A stretch of DNA of 61,384 bases from positions 1 through 61,384 of the forward strand of contig JAZOQG010000011.1 of assembly GCA_045656005.1 (NCBI GenBank), in the 5' to 3' direction. This stretch comes from Clostridia bacterium. Its GTDB lineage: Bacteria > Bacillota > Clostridia > UMGS1883 > UMGS1540. The notes beneath the pieces were generated by a model. The model saw nothing but the letters and a program-made list of their open reading frames with translations, was not told the DNA's origin and ran no database searches. Made by a program: the position numbers and the translations under genes. Below, in pieces: positions 50,317 through 60,227 of this stretch; positions within the stretch are counted from its first letter, which is position 1, and each line of letters opens with the position of its first letter.

Positions 50317-50384
50317 ATAAAACTCCATTCCGTCGCATATGGCGACAAATAATTTTTTAAAACTGCATCGGCAGTTTCAATTAC

Positions 50385-50412
50385 ATACTATGAATAAGAC
50401 TGTTTTTTTGTT
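50385..50412 (-). promoter_or_regulatory. sigma-K-type promoter of the Cys-rich peptide pair
   Basis: Minus strand AACA-16 bp-CATAGTAT matches mACm-N16-CATAnnnT. Confidence 0.5.
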
Positions 50413-50451
50413 ACAAAATAAATATATTAATTTTTTTGGAGGAACCAAAAA

Positions 50452-51555
50452 ATGAAAGCATTAATTCTGACAGTTGCAACAGGTCAGGGACATATACAAA
50501 CAGGTAAAGCTATTGCCGAATGTTTTGATGAGAGGGGAGCAGAGTGCATAGTGCTCGATGCCTATAAATATATAAGCCCGCATCTTAGCGACTCGCTTGA
50601 AAAAGGATATCTTTTTACAACTCAATATACACCAAAAGCATATGGTAAAATATATGGATATCTTGACAGTAAAAAGCACAAAGAAGGCAGACGGTCAGTT
50701 TTGAGCATGATAAATAATGCAATAACTGCATCAAAACTTGAAAAATATATTATGGATATGAAGCCTGATGTTATAATTTCAACGCATATTTTTTGTGCGA
50801 CAGTGATGACGCATATAAAAAAGAGTCAACCTCATCTTTTTAATGTGGGAATTGTAACAGATTTTACAATTCATCCCTTCTGGGAGGAAACGGATATGGA
50901 TTATTACATAACCGCGAGCCACCTTTTAAATCACCAATGTTCAAAAAAGGGTATACCACTTGAAAAGGTTTTACCAATAGGGATTCCCATAAATAAAAAA
51001 TTCGGGAAGAAAATGGATAAGTCACATGCGAGAGAAATATTGGGAATTGAAGAGAATAATACAGTAATGTTTATGATGGGCAGTATGGGTTTTGGAAATA
51101 TGCCCCGTCTTGTAAAACAGATAGATTCTCTCGATATAGATTTTCAGATTTTGTGCGTGTGCGGACGAAATGATGTGGCAAGGGAGAAAATCGCATCTAT
51201 GAAATCAAGACATACAATTTATTCATACGGATATGTAGATAATGTAGATGTTATGATGGATGCTTCGGATTTTATTATAACAAAACCCGGGGGACTTTCC
51301 ATGAGTGAAAGCCTTGCAAAAGGACTTCCCACAATTCTTTTAAATCCCATTCCTGGGCACGAGAACAGAAACATGGAGTTTTTCCTTAATAACGGAGTGT
51401 CTATGGCAGTTACTAAAACATTTCCCATTGAGGAGGCAGTTTTTCAGATGCTTACAAACGAATGGAAAATGAAAAACGGTTCAGGTGCAGTTAAATATAT
51501 AGGAAAACCAAATTCCGCAGATGACCTTTATGATATAATTGAAAGTGTGATATAG
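50452..51555 (+). CDS. MGDG-synthase/UgtP-like glycosyltransferase (GT28)
   Basis: GQGHIQ, ISTH, VTDF, GIPI, ITKPGGLS, PGHENRN. Confidence 0.88.
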   Translation: MKALILTVATGQGHIQTGKAIAECFDERGAECIVLDAYKYISPHLSDSLEKGYLFTTQYTPKAYGKIYGYLDSKKHKEGRRSVLSMINNAITASKLEKYIMDMKPDVIISTHIFCATVMTHIKKSQPHLFNVGIVTDFTIHPFWEETDMDYYITASHLLNHQCSKKGIPLEKVLPIGIPINKKFGKKMDKSHAREILGIEENNTVMFMMGSMGFGNMPRLVKQIDSLDIDFQILCVCGRNDVAREKIASMKSRHTIYSYGYVDNVDVMMDASDFIITKPGGLSMSESLAKGLPTILLNPIPGHENRNMEFFLNNGVSMAVTKTFPIEEAVFQMLTNEWKMKNGSGAVKYIGKPNSADDLYDIIESVI

Positions 51556-51564
51556 GAGCGAAAG

Positions 51565-52818
51565 ATGTTAAAACAAATTGGAAACAATAAAATTTTATTT
51601 GTAAAAGACGATAAGTTTAAAAATTTCAAGGTTACAGTAAGTTTCAAAACACCACTTGATAAAAAAACTGCAACTTTAAATGCCCTTTTGGTTAAGGTGC
51701 TTTTAGACGGCTCGGAAAAATATAAAACCAAAAAGGAAATTTCAATGGCACTTAAAAAACTTTATGGTATGAGCCTTGCGGCAAACTGCATAAAGAAAGA
51801 TTTTGCAATTTGTCCGACTTTTGAGTTTGATGTGATAAGTGAGAAGTTTTCCGAAAAAGGAATTATATCAAAAGCCGTGTCTATGTTTCGTGATATTTTT
51901 CTTTCTCCGCTTTTGATTGACGGGGTGTTTAAAGAAGAATATGTTGAAAGAGAGAAAAAGGTTTTAAAAAATGACATTGAGAGTGCAAGTAATGACAAAA
52001 GAAAATATGCGTCAAGAAGATGTATGGAGATTGCCTGCGGAGAAAATTCTTACAGTGTTTTTGAACTTGGTGATATTGAAACTTGCGACAGCATAACACC
52101 CGAAAAACTCTATGAACATTATAAATATATAATCTCTTCCTGTAATTTCAGCATTGTGGTTTTGGGAAACTTTGATGAAGCAGAAATGGAAAGCGAAATT
52201 TCTGCACTTTGTAAAAACTTTGGAGAAGGCAAGGAATTTGAGGGTACCTCCCTTAAGTTTTCAGGAGAGTGTACGGAAATAAAGGAAGAGTGCGATATTA
52301 CTCAGGGCAAGCTTTCTATGGCATTTACCACAGAGGAAATAAAAGAAGAAGACAGATATGCATGGCAGGTTTTAAACGGACTTTTTGGTGGCGGGGTAAG
52401 CTCAAAACTTTTTAATAATGTAAGGGAAAAAATGAGCCTTTGCTACTATGCTTCAAGTGCCCTTTATAAAAACATAGGTCTTATTATAGCTAATGCAGGA
52501 ATAGATTTTGAGAATTTTGAAAAAACACGCGATGCAATTTCAAAACAGCTTGAAGATATAAAAAAGAACGATTTTACCGATACAGAACTTGAAAATGTAA
52601 AAATCGGAATTGTAAATAATTTAAAAATGGCAGGAGATGATATTGACACGCTGTCAAACTATTATCTTTTTGCCCTTTCCGATGATAAGGTGATATCTCC
52701 CGATGAAAAGGCAGAAAAAATAAAATCTGTTAAAAGAGAAGAGATAACAAGACTTTCGCTTTTGGTAAATGCAGATGTGGTTTATTTTCTCTGCGGCAGA
52801 GAGGAGTGTGCAAAATGA
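51565..52818 (+). CDS. M16 peptidase-like protein, non-catalytic subunit (YmfF-like)
   Basis: SKLFNNVREKMSLCYYASS; no HXXEH; paired with a YmfH-like gene. Confidence 0.85.
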   Translation: MLKQIGNNKILFVKDDKFKNFKVTVSFKTPLDKKTATLNALLVKVLLDGSEKYKTKKEISMALKKLYGMSLAANCIKKDFAICPTFEFDVISEKFSEKGIISKAVSMFRDIFLSPLLIDGVFKEEYVEREKKVLKNDIESASNDKRKYASRRCMEIACGENSYSVFELGDIETCDSITPEKLYEHYKYIISSCNFSIVVLGNFDEAEMESEISALCKNFGEGKEFEGTSLKFSGECTEIKEECDITQGKLSMAFTTEEIKEEDRYAWQVLNGLFGGGVSSKLFNNVREKMSLCYYASSALYKNIGLIIANAGIDFENFEKTRDAISKQLEDIKKNDFTDTELENVKIGIVNNLKMAGDDIDTLSNYYLFALSDDKVISPDEKAEKIKSVKREEITRLSLLVNADVVYFLCGREECAK

Positions 52819-54086
52819 AAAAAGTGTTTTATGAGAATATAGGGGAAACTTTATATACAAAGGTTTGTGACTGCGGACTTCGTGTATGCGTAATTCCTAA
52901 AGAAGGATATCAGAAAACCTACGCACTTTTAGCTACAGATTTCGGCTCGGTTGACAGACACTTTTTGCGCTTTGGTGAAGAAGTAACTGTTCCTGACGGA
53001 ATTGCACATTTCCTTGAACATAAAATGTTCGAGCAGGAAGACGGAAGCAATGCTTTTGATGAGTTTGCAAAATATGGCGCAAATGCCAATGCATATACAT
53101 CTTTTGAAATGACAGGGTATCTTTTCTCGACTGCACAAAATTTTGAAAAGTGCCTCACTCATCTGCTTTCCTATGTTTATTCCCCTTATTTTACTGATGA
53201 AAATGTAGAAAAAGAACAGGGAATAATCGGTCAGGAAATTAAAATGTATGATGATAACCCGGGTTGGAGTGTATTTTTTAATATGCTGCGGGGACTTTAT
53301 AAAAACCACCCCATAAACATAGATATTGCGGGCGACTGCGAAGAAATTGCAAAAATCACTAAAGAAACTCTCTATACCTGCTATAATTCATACTACCATC
53401 CAAAGAACATGATGCTCTGCGTTGTGGGAGCGGCAGATGTAGATGAGGTTTTGAAAATTGTTGATAATGTAGTTCCTCAAAAACCATATCCTAAAGCCGA
53501 AACAATACTCCCTCAAGAGCCCAAGGAAGTAAACCGTGAATTTACAGAGAGAAAAATGAGTGTTGCAAACCCGATTTTCTCAATTGGTTTTAAAGAAGAT
53601 TATCCTGAAAATACTCTGGAGAGTCAGGCAGCATATACTCTTTTGCTCGAGTATATGTTCGGAAAAACTTCTATGCTTTATAACAGACTTTATGAAAACG
53701 GCGATATTTTCGATATGACAGCTGCATTTAATATAAGCAGGGAATGTGCTTTTTCTGAGATTTCAGGTGAGTGCGAAAATCCCAAAAAGGTTTATAAAGA
53801 AATTCTTGGTGAAATTTCAAGAATAAAAAAAGAAGGCATTGATGAGGAAACAGTAACAGTTTTAAAAAATGCGTTATACGGAAAGTATCTCAGAAAATTC
53901 AATGATGTTGAAAGTATTGCAGGTTCATTCGTTTCTTATGCTTTACTTGATGCTGATTATATGAAATATGGCGATGCAATTTTGGAGCTTTCGGCAGAAA
54001 AACTTCAAAATTTACTTATGACAAGTTTTGAAAGAGGTGCACTTTCTGAAGTGTTGCCGATAGATATGGGAGGGGAAAAACAGTGA
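52815..54086 (+). CDS. M16 zinc peptidase (YmfH-like)
   Basis: PDGIAHFLEHKMF, NAYTS, EKEQGIIGQEIKMYDD. Confidence 0.9.
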   Translation: MKKVFYENIGETLYTKVCDCGLRVCVIPKEGYQKTYALLATDFGSVDRHFLRFGEEVTVPDGIAHFLEHKMFEQEDGSNAFDEFAKYGANANAYTSFEMTGYLFSTAQNFEKCLTHLLSYVYSPYFTDENVEKEQGIIGQEIKMYDDNPGWSVFFNMLRGLYKNHPINIDIAGDCEEIAKITKETLYTCYNSYYHPKNMMLCVVGAADVDEVLKIVDNVVPQKPYPKAETILPQEPKEVNREFTERKMSVANPIFSIGFKEDYPENTLESQAAYTLLLEYMFGKTSMLYNRLYENGDIFDMTAAFNISRECAFSEISGECENPKKVYKEILGEISRIKKEGIDEETVTVLKNALYGKYLRKFNDVESIAGSFVSYALLDADYMKYGDAILELSAEKLQNLLMTSFERGALSEVLPIDMGGEKQ

Positions 54087-54871
54087 ACGTAATAGAATTT
54101 CCCTCTTTGGGGCTTATGTTTAATATAGACCCCATAGCCTTAAAAATTCCTTTCCTCGGTGGGGGTATAAGATGGTATGCAATTATTATACTTTGCGGAA
54201 TTTTGGCAGGAAGTTATTTCGGATTTAAAGAATATAAACGCCTCGGTGGAAACAGCGATAATCTATATGATATGTTGATATGGGCATTACCCATATCAAT
54301 TATATCGGCAAGAGCCTATTACATAATTTTTTCACCATATAAATATGAAAGCTTTTTTGAGATGATAAAGATATGGGAAGGCGGCATTGCGATTTACGGC
54401 GCGGTTATTGGTGCGGCGACTGTGGTTATTGTTTATTGCAGGAAACATAAGTTGTCACTTCCCCTTCATTTTGATATCGGAGCATATGGCTTTATGATTG
54501 GACAGGCTATAGGAAGATGGGGAAATTTCGTAAATGGAGAAGCATATGGCGCACCAACGGATTTACCATGGGAAATGGTTGTAAACGGAGTTTCGGCGCA
54601 TCCAACATTTCTTTATGAGTCACTCTGGCTTTTTCTTGGATTTGTTGTTATATGGAACACGAGAAAAATAAAAAGTTTTCCTGGCAGGAGCGGATGCTTT
54701 TATCTTATGTGGTATGGAGTAGAAAGGGCATTTGTAGAACTTTTGCGAACAGATTCCCTGATGCTTGGAGGTATTAGAGTTTCGTCACTTTTATCACTTG
54801 TTTTGGTGCTTTTGGGCATGGTTTTATATTACAAATTAAAAAAGACAGGTGACAAAAGTATTAAATTATGA
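54083..54871 (+). CDS. lgt: Prolipoprotein diacylglyceryl transferase
   Basis: IRWYA, GGIAIYG, QAIGRWGNFVN, HPTFLYES. Confidence 0.95.
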   Translation: MNVIEFPSLGLMFNIDPIALKIPFLGGGIRWYAIIILCGILAGSYFGFKEYKRLGGNSDNLYDMLIWALPISIISARAYYIIFSPYKYESFFEMIKIWEGGIAIYGAVIGAATVVIVYCRKHKLSLPLHFDIGAYGFMIGQAIGRWGNFVNGEAYGAPTDLPWEMVVNGVSAHPTFLYESLWLFLGFVVIWNTRKIKSFPGRSGCFYLMWYGVERAFVELLRTDSLMLGGIRVSSLLSLVLVLLGMVLYYKLKKTGDKSIKL

Positions 54872-54890
54872 TGACAAAAAATACTTTCTA

Positions 54891-54920
54891 TTGACGAAAT
54901 GCACAATTTAATGTTATAAT
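54891..54920 (+). promoter_or_regulatory. sigma-A promoter of the large SLH gene
   Basis: TTGACG-18 bp-TATAAT with TG extension; SD AGGAG downstream. Confidence 0.65.
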
Positions 54921-54954
54921 TAAGCTGAACTTAAACACTAGGAGGAGATTTAAG

Positions 54955-57900
54955 ATGCTAAAGTTTAAAAAATATCTTTCCGTTTTACTGGCTGTAGCCA
55001 TGATTTTAAGCTCGGTTTCAGTTTTTGCGGAAGGCGAAAACACTAAGTCTGTAACTTTTTCTGACCTTGATGCTAATACTACAGTAGGCAAGGCAGTTGC
55101 AGAACTGGTTCCTTATGGAATTATTTCGGGATATCCTGACGGTACATTCGGTCAGGACAAAACAATTACCCGTGCAGAATTTGCGAAAATAATTGTTACG
55201 TTCTTAAACCTTCAGAATATCGGAACAGAAGGTCTTTCCACAGGCTTTGCTGATGTTGACCAGAATAGTCACTGGGGGCAGCCATATATCCGTACTGCTA
55301 TTGACAGAGGAATAATTTTAGGTTATCCTGATGGTACATTCAAACCCGACAACCCCGTTAAATACTGCGAAGCTGTTAAAATGATGGTTTGCGCACTTAA
55401 CTATGGAGAGGTTGCCGCAAGCCGTACACAGCCCGGTGCACTCTGGTACACAGGTTACATTGCTCAGGCAGCTGACATTGGTATTTTGAAAAATATTTCA
55501 ATAGGTGCTGCTGAGGATCCGGCATCCCGTGGTCTTGTTGCAATTCTTACTTCAAATTCACTTGACGCAGAGGTTGCACAAACTACAGTGGGCGGAAGCG
55601 GTACAACTGCAGGTGGTACTACTGCAAGAGAAGAGTTTTTGAAGACCACCAAAATTACAGGTATTGTTGTATCCTGCCAGCAGACAAATATTGAGGGCGG
55701 CACTGCAACAGGAAAATTAAGACTTATAGAAGTTGATACAGGCGATGGTGCTGAAACCTACATGGTACCTGTAGGAACTGATACTTTAAGCTTGCTCGGT
55801 TATAAAATTGATGCAACAATCAGTGAAGACTCTTCAGGAGATTACCCGGTTATTGCCACAATTACAAAAACAAAAGCAAACAAAGTTGTTACAGTTGATG
55901 CTGATGATATAGACAGTATCAGCACATCTTCTGTGGAGTACTGGGAATCTGACGTTTCAACCTCAACTGAGGCTGTAGGAATCGAAAACGATGCAAGCTT
56001 TATTTATAATGGTAAAGTCCTTGACGAAGTTTTAGATACTGATCTTGAGATTAAAGCAGGTAACATAGTACTCCTTTCAAACGATGGTGATAAACAGGCA
56101 GATGTTGTATTTATAAATGATTGCGAAGTTTACGCAGTAAAGAGCAGCAGCGTAGATACTGCAACAAAACTTAAGAAAATTTATACTCTTTATACAGAGG
56201 GTGATGAAGGAACAATTATAGTTCCACAGAAATCAAAATATGTTACGGTTAACAATAAAGGGACAGAGGTTGAAGATACTACAAGCTTCTCTGTTTCAAA
56301 ATATGATATTATTAACCTTTACCGTTCTAAAGACGGCGAAGTGTTTAATATGGTTGTAACAAGGAATCAGAAGTCTGGTTCAGTTACAGAGATTTCTGCG
56401 AATACTGTTTCAATCAAAAATGTTGAATACAAATTTGCGTATAACTTTAAAGAATATGATGGCACAGATAAGCCCGTGTTTATAAGCGGAAACAATGCAA
56501 GGGTTTACCTTGATGCCTATGGCAAAATTGCTGCAGCGGAGAATATGTCAAGTGCAGAAGATTCAAGCGTTTACCTCGGTTACATTTTGGGTGCAGAAGC
56601 AGGCGAGGGCATAAATGGTAAAAATCAGGTAAGAATGTATGGAATGTCCTCAGGCAAAACGGGCGAGCGTAATTATGAGCTTGCTGAAAATGTGAGAGTT
56701 GATGGCACACTTGCAAGCGGAGAGGAGGCTGTCGGTGTTCTTGAAACTGCAGCTGCAAAGGCAAATGCAAACAAAGGTAATATGTATCTTGATGATGATT
56801 ATACAAAATCTTTAAGCCTTGGAAAATATGCTCAGTTTATAAGATACACACTTGATTCTGATGGTAAAATTGACACAATTGATACTGTTTCTGAAAATGC
56901 AGCAGTAGCGGATGATGATTTGGAACAAGGGCTTCCGTTTCCAAATGTAAACGATGACAGATATGGAAAGGATATAACTGAGGAAGACTACTGGGCAGGT
57001 AAGTATAAGTTTACAACAGGTAATATATTTGTAGATGGCGATGCGGGTACAATAATGGGTATTAATTCCAATACAAGAGTTTTGGTAGTTCCCATTGATA
57101 ATACAAATATCAGTGCTTACAAACAGTATACAGGAACTTCTTACTTTAATAAGGGTACAAGCTACAGAGTAGAGGGATATTGCCTTAATGAAACAAACAT
57201 TGCTAAGTATGTTATAGTATATGCGGGCAAGGATGAGGCTGAGATTACTTCAAATGCCAATATTGCAATTGCAGGAAGCATTAAGCAGGTAACATCTCAG
57301 ATTCCCGACCTTCAGCATCAGGATGCGTTAATTGGCTGGAACTTTAAATCTGGTGCAGCTATAACCGAGCAGTCTCCCCTTCTAGCTTCTGAACCAAATC
57401 TCTTTTACGGAAAAATCCGTGCAGGTGAAATATTCAGATATGCACTTGATGATAAGTACGCAAGCAAAACAGAAATGGTTCTTGATATTGAAGTTGATGA
57501 AGATGGAGTAAGGAAACCTGTTCTTTTCAAACAACAGCTTGTTGAAGAAGAAGTTGCAAATGCACTTGCGCCTGTAACAAAGAAGGCTGATGCGATACGT
57601 TACCGTGATATTCAGTTTGATGCTGAAACAGCTACAAAGCAAGGTTCATCAAATAGAATAATTTATGGTACGGTTGTATCAAAGAGTCAGGATGATGATG
57701 GTAAAAACAGAACAATTACACTTACAAATACAATTGCAGAAGATGGTGAAGTATTCACTAAAAGCGGTGCAGGAATTTTCACACTCGCATCAAATGCAAA
57801 GATTTTTGTAATTGACCTTACTGCAACAGATGAAAGCAAAGTGGTAATCGAAGAAGATAAAGAAAATGGTTATGATTACTTTGCAGATATCGTAACAGTT

Positions 57901-58020
57901 ACAGATGTTGAGAAATCAACAAACGATATTTACGATGCAACACAGGTGCTTATGTTCTATGCGTCACCTAATGTAAGGACAATGTTCATTATTAAAAAAC
58001 CAAAACCGTCAGCAAACTAA
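54955..58020 (+). CDS. 1021-aa N-terminal SLH protein, candidate main S-layer protein
   Basis: Signal peptide; GIISGYPDGTF, ITRAEF, FADV, GYPDGTFKPDNP; monocistronic; acidic, Thr-rich body. Confidence 0.85.
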   Translation: MLKFKKYLSVLLAVAMILSSVSVFAEGENTKSVTFSDLDANTTVGKAVAELVPYGIISGYPDGTFGQDKTITRAEFAKIIVTFLNLQNIGTEGLSTGFADVDQNSHWGQPYIRTAIDRGIILGYPDGTFKPDNPVKYCEAVKMMVCALNYGEVAASRTQPGALWYTGYIAQAADIGILKNISIGAAEDPASRGLVAILTSNSLDAEVAQTTVGGSGTTAGGTTAREEFLKTTKITGIVVSCQQTNIEGGTATGKLRLIEVDTGDGAETYMVPVGTDTLSLLGYKIDATISEDSSGDYPVIATITKTKANKVVTVDADDIDSISTSSVEYWESDVSTSTEAVGIENDASFIYNGKVLDEVLDTDLEIKAGNIVLLSNDGDKQADVVFINDCEVYAVKSSSVDTATKLKKIYTLYTEGDEGTIIVPQKSKYVTVNNKGTEVEDTTSFSVSKYDIINLYRSKDGEVFNMVVTRNQKSGSVTEISANTVSIKNVEYKFAYNFKEYDGTDKPVFISGNNARVYLDAYGKIAAAENMSSAEDSSVYLGYILGAEAGEGINGKNQVRMYGMSSGKTGERNYELAENVRVDGTLASGEEAVGVLETAAAKANANKGNMYLDDDYTKSLSLGKYAQFIRYTLDSDGKIDTIDTVSENAAVADDDLEQGLPFPNVNDDRYGKDITEEDYWAGKYKFTTGNIFVDGDAGTIMGINSNTRVLVVPIDNTNISAYKQYTGTSYFNKGTSYRVEGYCLNETNIAKYVIVYAGKDEAEITSNANIAIAGSIKQVTSQIPDLQHQDALIGWNFKSGAAITEQSPLLASEPNLFYGKIRAGEIFRYALDDKYASKTEMVLDIEVDEDGVRKPVLFKQQLVEEEVANALAPVTKKADAIRYRDIQFDAETATKQGSSNRIIYGTVVSKSQDDDGKNRTITLTNTIAEDGEVFTKSGAGIFTLASNAKIFVIDLTATDESKVVIEEDKENGYDYFADIVTVTDVEKSTNDIYDATQVLMFYASPNVRTMFIIKKPKPSAN

Positions 58021-58031
58021 AACTTTAATGA

Positions 58032-58060
58032 GGGATGTTAAAACTCAGTTTTAACATCCC
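58032..58060 (+). terminator. Terminator hairpin whose arms resemble the end of the MITE-like element
   Basis: GGGATGTTAAAAC-tca-GTTTTAACATCCC. Confidence 0.65.
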
Positions 58061-58079
58061 CTAACTTTAGGAGTAAAAA

Positions 58080-58577
58080 ATGAGCTTTAATATAGTATTA
58101 CATCAGCCTGAAATTCCCCAAAATACAGGAAATATTGCAAGAACATGTGCAGCAACAGGCAGTGCGCTTCATATAATAAAACCGATGGGATTTGAAATTG
58201 ACGACAAAAAACTTAAAAGAGCAGGACTTGATTACTGGCATCTTTTAGGGGTTAAATATTATGATAGCCTTGAGCATTTTTTTGAGGTTCATAAAAATCC
58301 CAGAATACACCTTGCAAGCACAAAGGCGGGTAAAATACATTCGGAGGCAGAGTATAAAGACGGAGATTTTATATTTTTCGGCAAAGAAACAAAAGGACTT
58401 CCCGAGGATTTTATAAAGGAAAATATAGAAAGTGCCATAAGAATACCAATGATAGAAGAAGCGAGAAGTTTAAATCTTTCAAATTCCGTTGCGATAGTAA
58501 TTTATGAGGCGCTTCGGCAGACTGGCTACAATCAGCTTCTTACAAAGGGGATTTTTGCAGATTTAGATATTGACTGA
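58080..58577 (+). CDS. trmL: tRNA (cytidine/uridine-34-2'-O)-methyltransferase
   Basis: PEIPQNTGNIARTC, KRAGLDYW, FGKETKGLP, RSLNLSNS. Confidence 0.95.
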   Translation: MSFNIVLHQPEIPQNTGNIARTCAATGSALHIIKPMGFEIDDKKLKRAGLDYWHLLGVKYYDSLEHFFEVHKNPRIHLASTKAGKIHSEAEYKDGDFIFFGKETKGLPEDFIKENIESAIRIPMIEEARSLNLSNSVAIVIYEALRQTGYNQLLTKGIFADLDID

Positions 58578-58650
58578 TTTGTAAATTTGTGGTAATATAT
58601 TAAATGTGACTGTAACTATAATATAAAGTCACGGCGAAAGGAGATTTTTT

Positions 58651-58878
58651 ATGAAAACATTTGAAGTATTGCTCGATTCAATCGGCGACGTTAAAGACTT
58701 TGTTAATATGGTAAACAGATATAGCTGTGATATTGACCTTGTATCAGGCAGATATGTTGTAGATGCAAAATCAATTATGGGTATTTTCAGTCTTGACCTT
58801 TCAAAACCAATTAAAGTTGAGGTTCACTGTGATGACTGTGCTGAAATTGAGAAAGATATGGCAAAGTTTATAAAGTAA
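58651..58878 (+). CDS. HPr-family protein lacking the His15 site
   Basis: VDAKSIMGIFSL (Ser46 motif); no GLHARP motif. Confidence 0.85.
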   Translation: MKTFEVLLDSIGDVKDFVNMVNRYSCDIDLVSGRYVVDAKSIMGIFSLDLSKPIKVEVHCDDCAEIEKDMAKFIK

Positions 58879-58888
58879 TTTAATGTGA

Positions 58889-58942
58889 GAATAAAAACCT
58901 TCCTGCAAGCATACATTTTAGTATAATTGCAGGGAGGTTTTT
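58889..58942 (+). promoter_or_regulatory. sigma-E promoter of yabP inside a terminator/SD-occluding hairpin
   Basis: GAATAAA-14 bp-CATACATT; 16-bp stem 58893-58908/58927-58942 containing GGAGG. Confidence 0.7.
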
Positions 58943-58944
58943 TA

Positions 58945-59244
58945 ATGGACGAAAAAAGATTTTTAAAAACTGTTACAAAAGAACTCAATCAGAATATCAT
59001 TATGGAAAACAGAAAGAAAATGAGTATATCGGGAGTTGTGGATGTGGAAAGTTTTGATGAGGACAACATTTCTCTTTACACCGAGGCGGGAATGCTTAAT
59101 ATAAGAGGAGAGAAAATGAGAATAAATAAACTTTCTGTTGAAAGCGGAGATGTAACTGTTGAAGGGGAGATAAATTCCCTTGCATATACAGACGAAGAGC
59201 ATAGTGCAAAGGGCGGTTCAATATTTAAAAAACTTTTTAAATAA
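58945..59244 (+). CDS. yabP: Sporulation protein YabP
   Basis: NRKKMSISGVVDVESFDE...GEINSLAY...FKKLFK. Confidence 0.92.
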   Translation: MDEKRFLKTVTKELNQNIIMENRKKMSISGVVDVESFDEDNISLYTEAGMLNIRGEKMRINKLSVESGDVTVEGEINSLAYTDEEHSAKGGSIFKKLFK

Positions 59245-59246
59245 TT

Positions 59247-59699
59247 ATGAGCGAAACAGTAAAAAATGAGCTTTTTGTTTTTGGGGTTTCTCTGCTAACG
59301 GGACTTTTGGCAGGGCTGATTTTTGATTTATTCAGAGCGATGCGCCGCATGGGAGAAAAAAGCGGCGCGCGCGTTATGGCGGAGGACATTTTTTTATGGA
59401 TAAGTGAGGCGTGCCTCGTTTTTGCTGCCATATATTCTTTTAACAGCGGTCAATTGAGATTTTATTTTTTTCTGGGAATGGGAATAGGTTTTGTGCTTTA
59501 CCTTCTCACAGTAAGTTTTCTTTTTATAAAACTTTGGGTGTTTTTATTAGAAATTCTGCACTTTTTGTGCCGAAAAACGCTTCTTTTGTGCCGCTTTGTG
59601 CTCAAACCTGTCACGTTTTTGACCAGATTTACCCAGAAAATTTTTGTAAAAATTAAAAAAAGAGGAAAAAAATTAAAAAAACAATTAAAAATGTACTAA
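59247..59699 (+). CDS. yabQ: Spore cortex biosynthesis protein YabQ
   Basis: GLIFDLFR...EDIFLW...GQLRFYFFLG; follows yabP. Confidence 0.88.
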   Translation: MSETVKNELFVFGVSLLTGLLAGLIFDLFRAMRRMGEKSGARVMAEDIFLWISEACLVFAAIYSFNSGQLRFYFFLGMGIGFVLYLLTVSFLFIKLWVFLLEILHFLCRKTLLLCRFVLKPVTFLTRFTQKIFVKIKKRGKKLKKQLKMY

Positions 59700-59809
59700 A
59701 TAATACTTTACAAATTTTCAAAAATGTTATATAATGTAACTCGGTATATAGTATCTATAAGATTACACATAAATAAGATTGGTTTTAATTTGATTTGGAG
59801 AAGATTTCT

Positions 59810-60109
59810 ATGAGGAAGAGCGATAAAAAGATGCACAAACCCCATTTTAAAATTAAGACATGCTTTGCTTTGGTTTTGATTTTGTATTTTGCAATATCTA
59901 TTGTAGGTCAGCAGTCAAAACTCAACGATTTAAATAGTGTGATAGCCGAATATAATGTAAAGATTGAAGAAAAACAGAGTGAACTTGAGGCTATTGAAGA
60001 TAAGAAAAAGAAGAGCACGTCTGATGAAACAATTGAACATATTGCCAGAGAGAGACTGGGTCTTGTAAGAAATGACGAGACGGTATTTGTTGATATAACA
60101 GGCAAATAA
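59810..60109 (+). CDS. Septum formation initiator (DivIC/FtsB family)
   Basis: TM, coiled coil, IEHIARERLGLV; conserved position after yabQ. Confidence 0.85.
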   Translation: MRKSDKKMHKPHFKIKTCFALVLILYFAISIVGQQSKLNDLNSVIAEYNVKIEEKQSELEAIEDKKKKSTSDETIEHIARERLGLVRNDETVFVDITGK

Positions 60110-60227
60110 TAAGGCTCTTTTGATGGTGTGCAGAAGGTCATAGTGCACCGGGCAAAAAGATAATACGTTTTAAAATTTAATTTACATACATTTTTAACTT
60201 GATATCCAAAGGAGGAATTTTTTCCGT

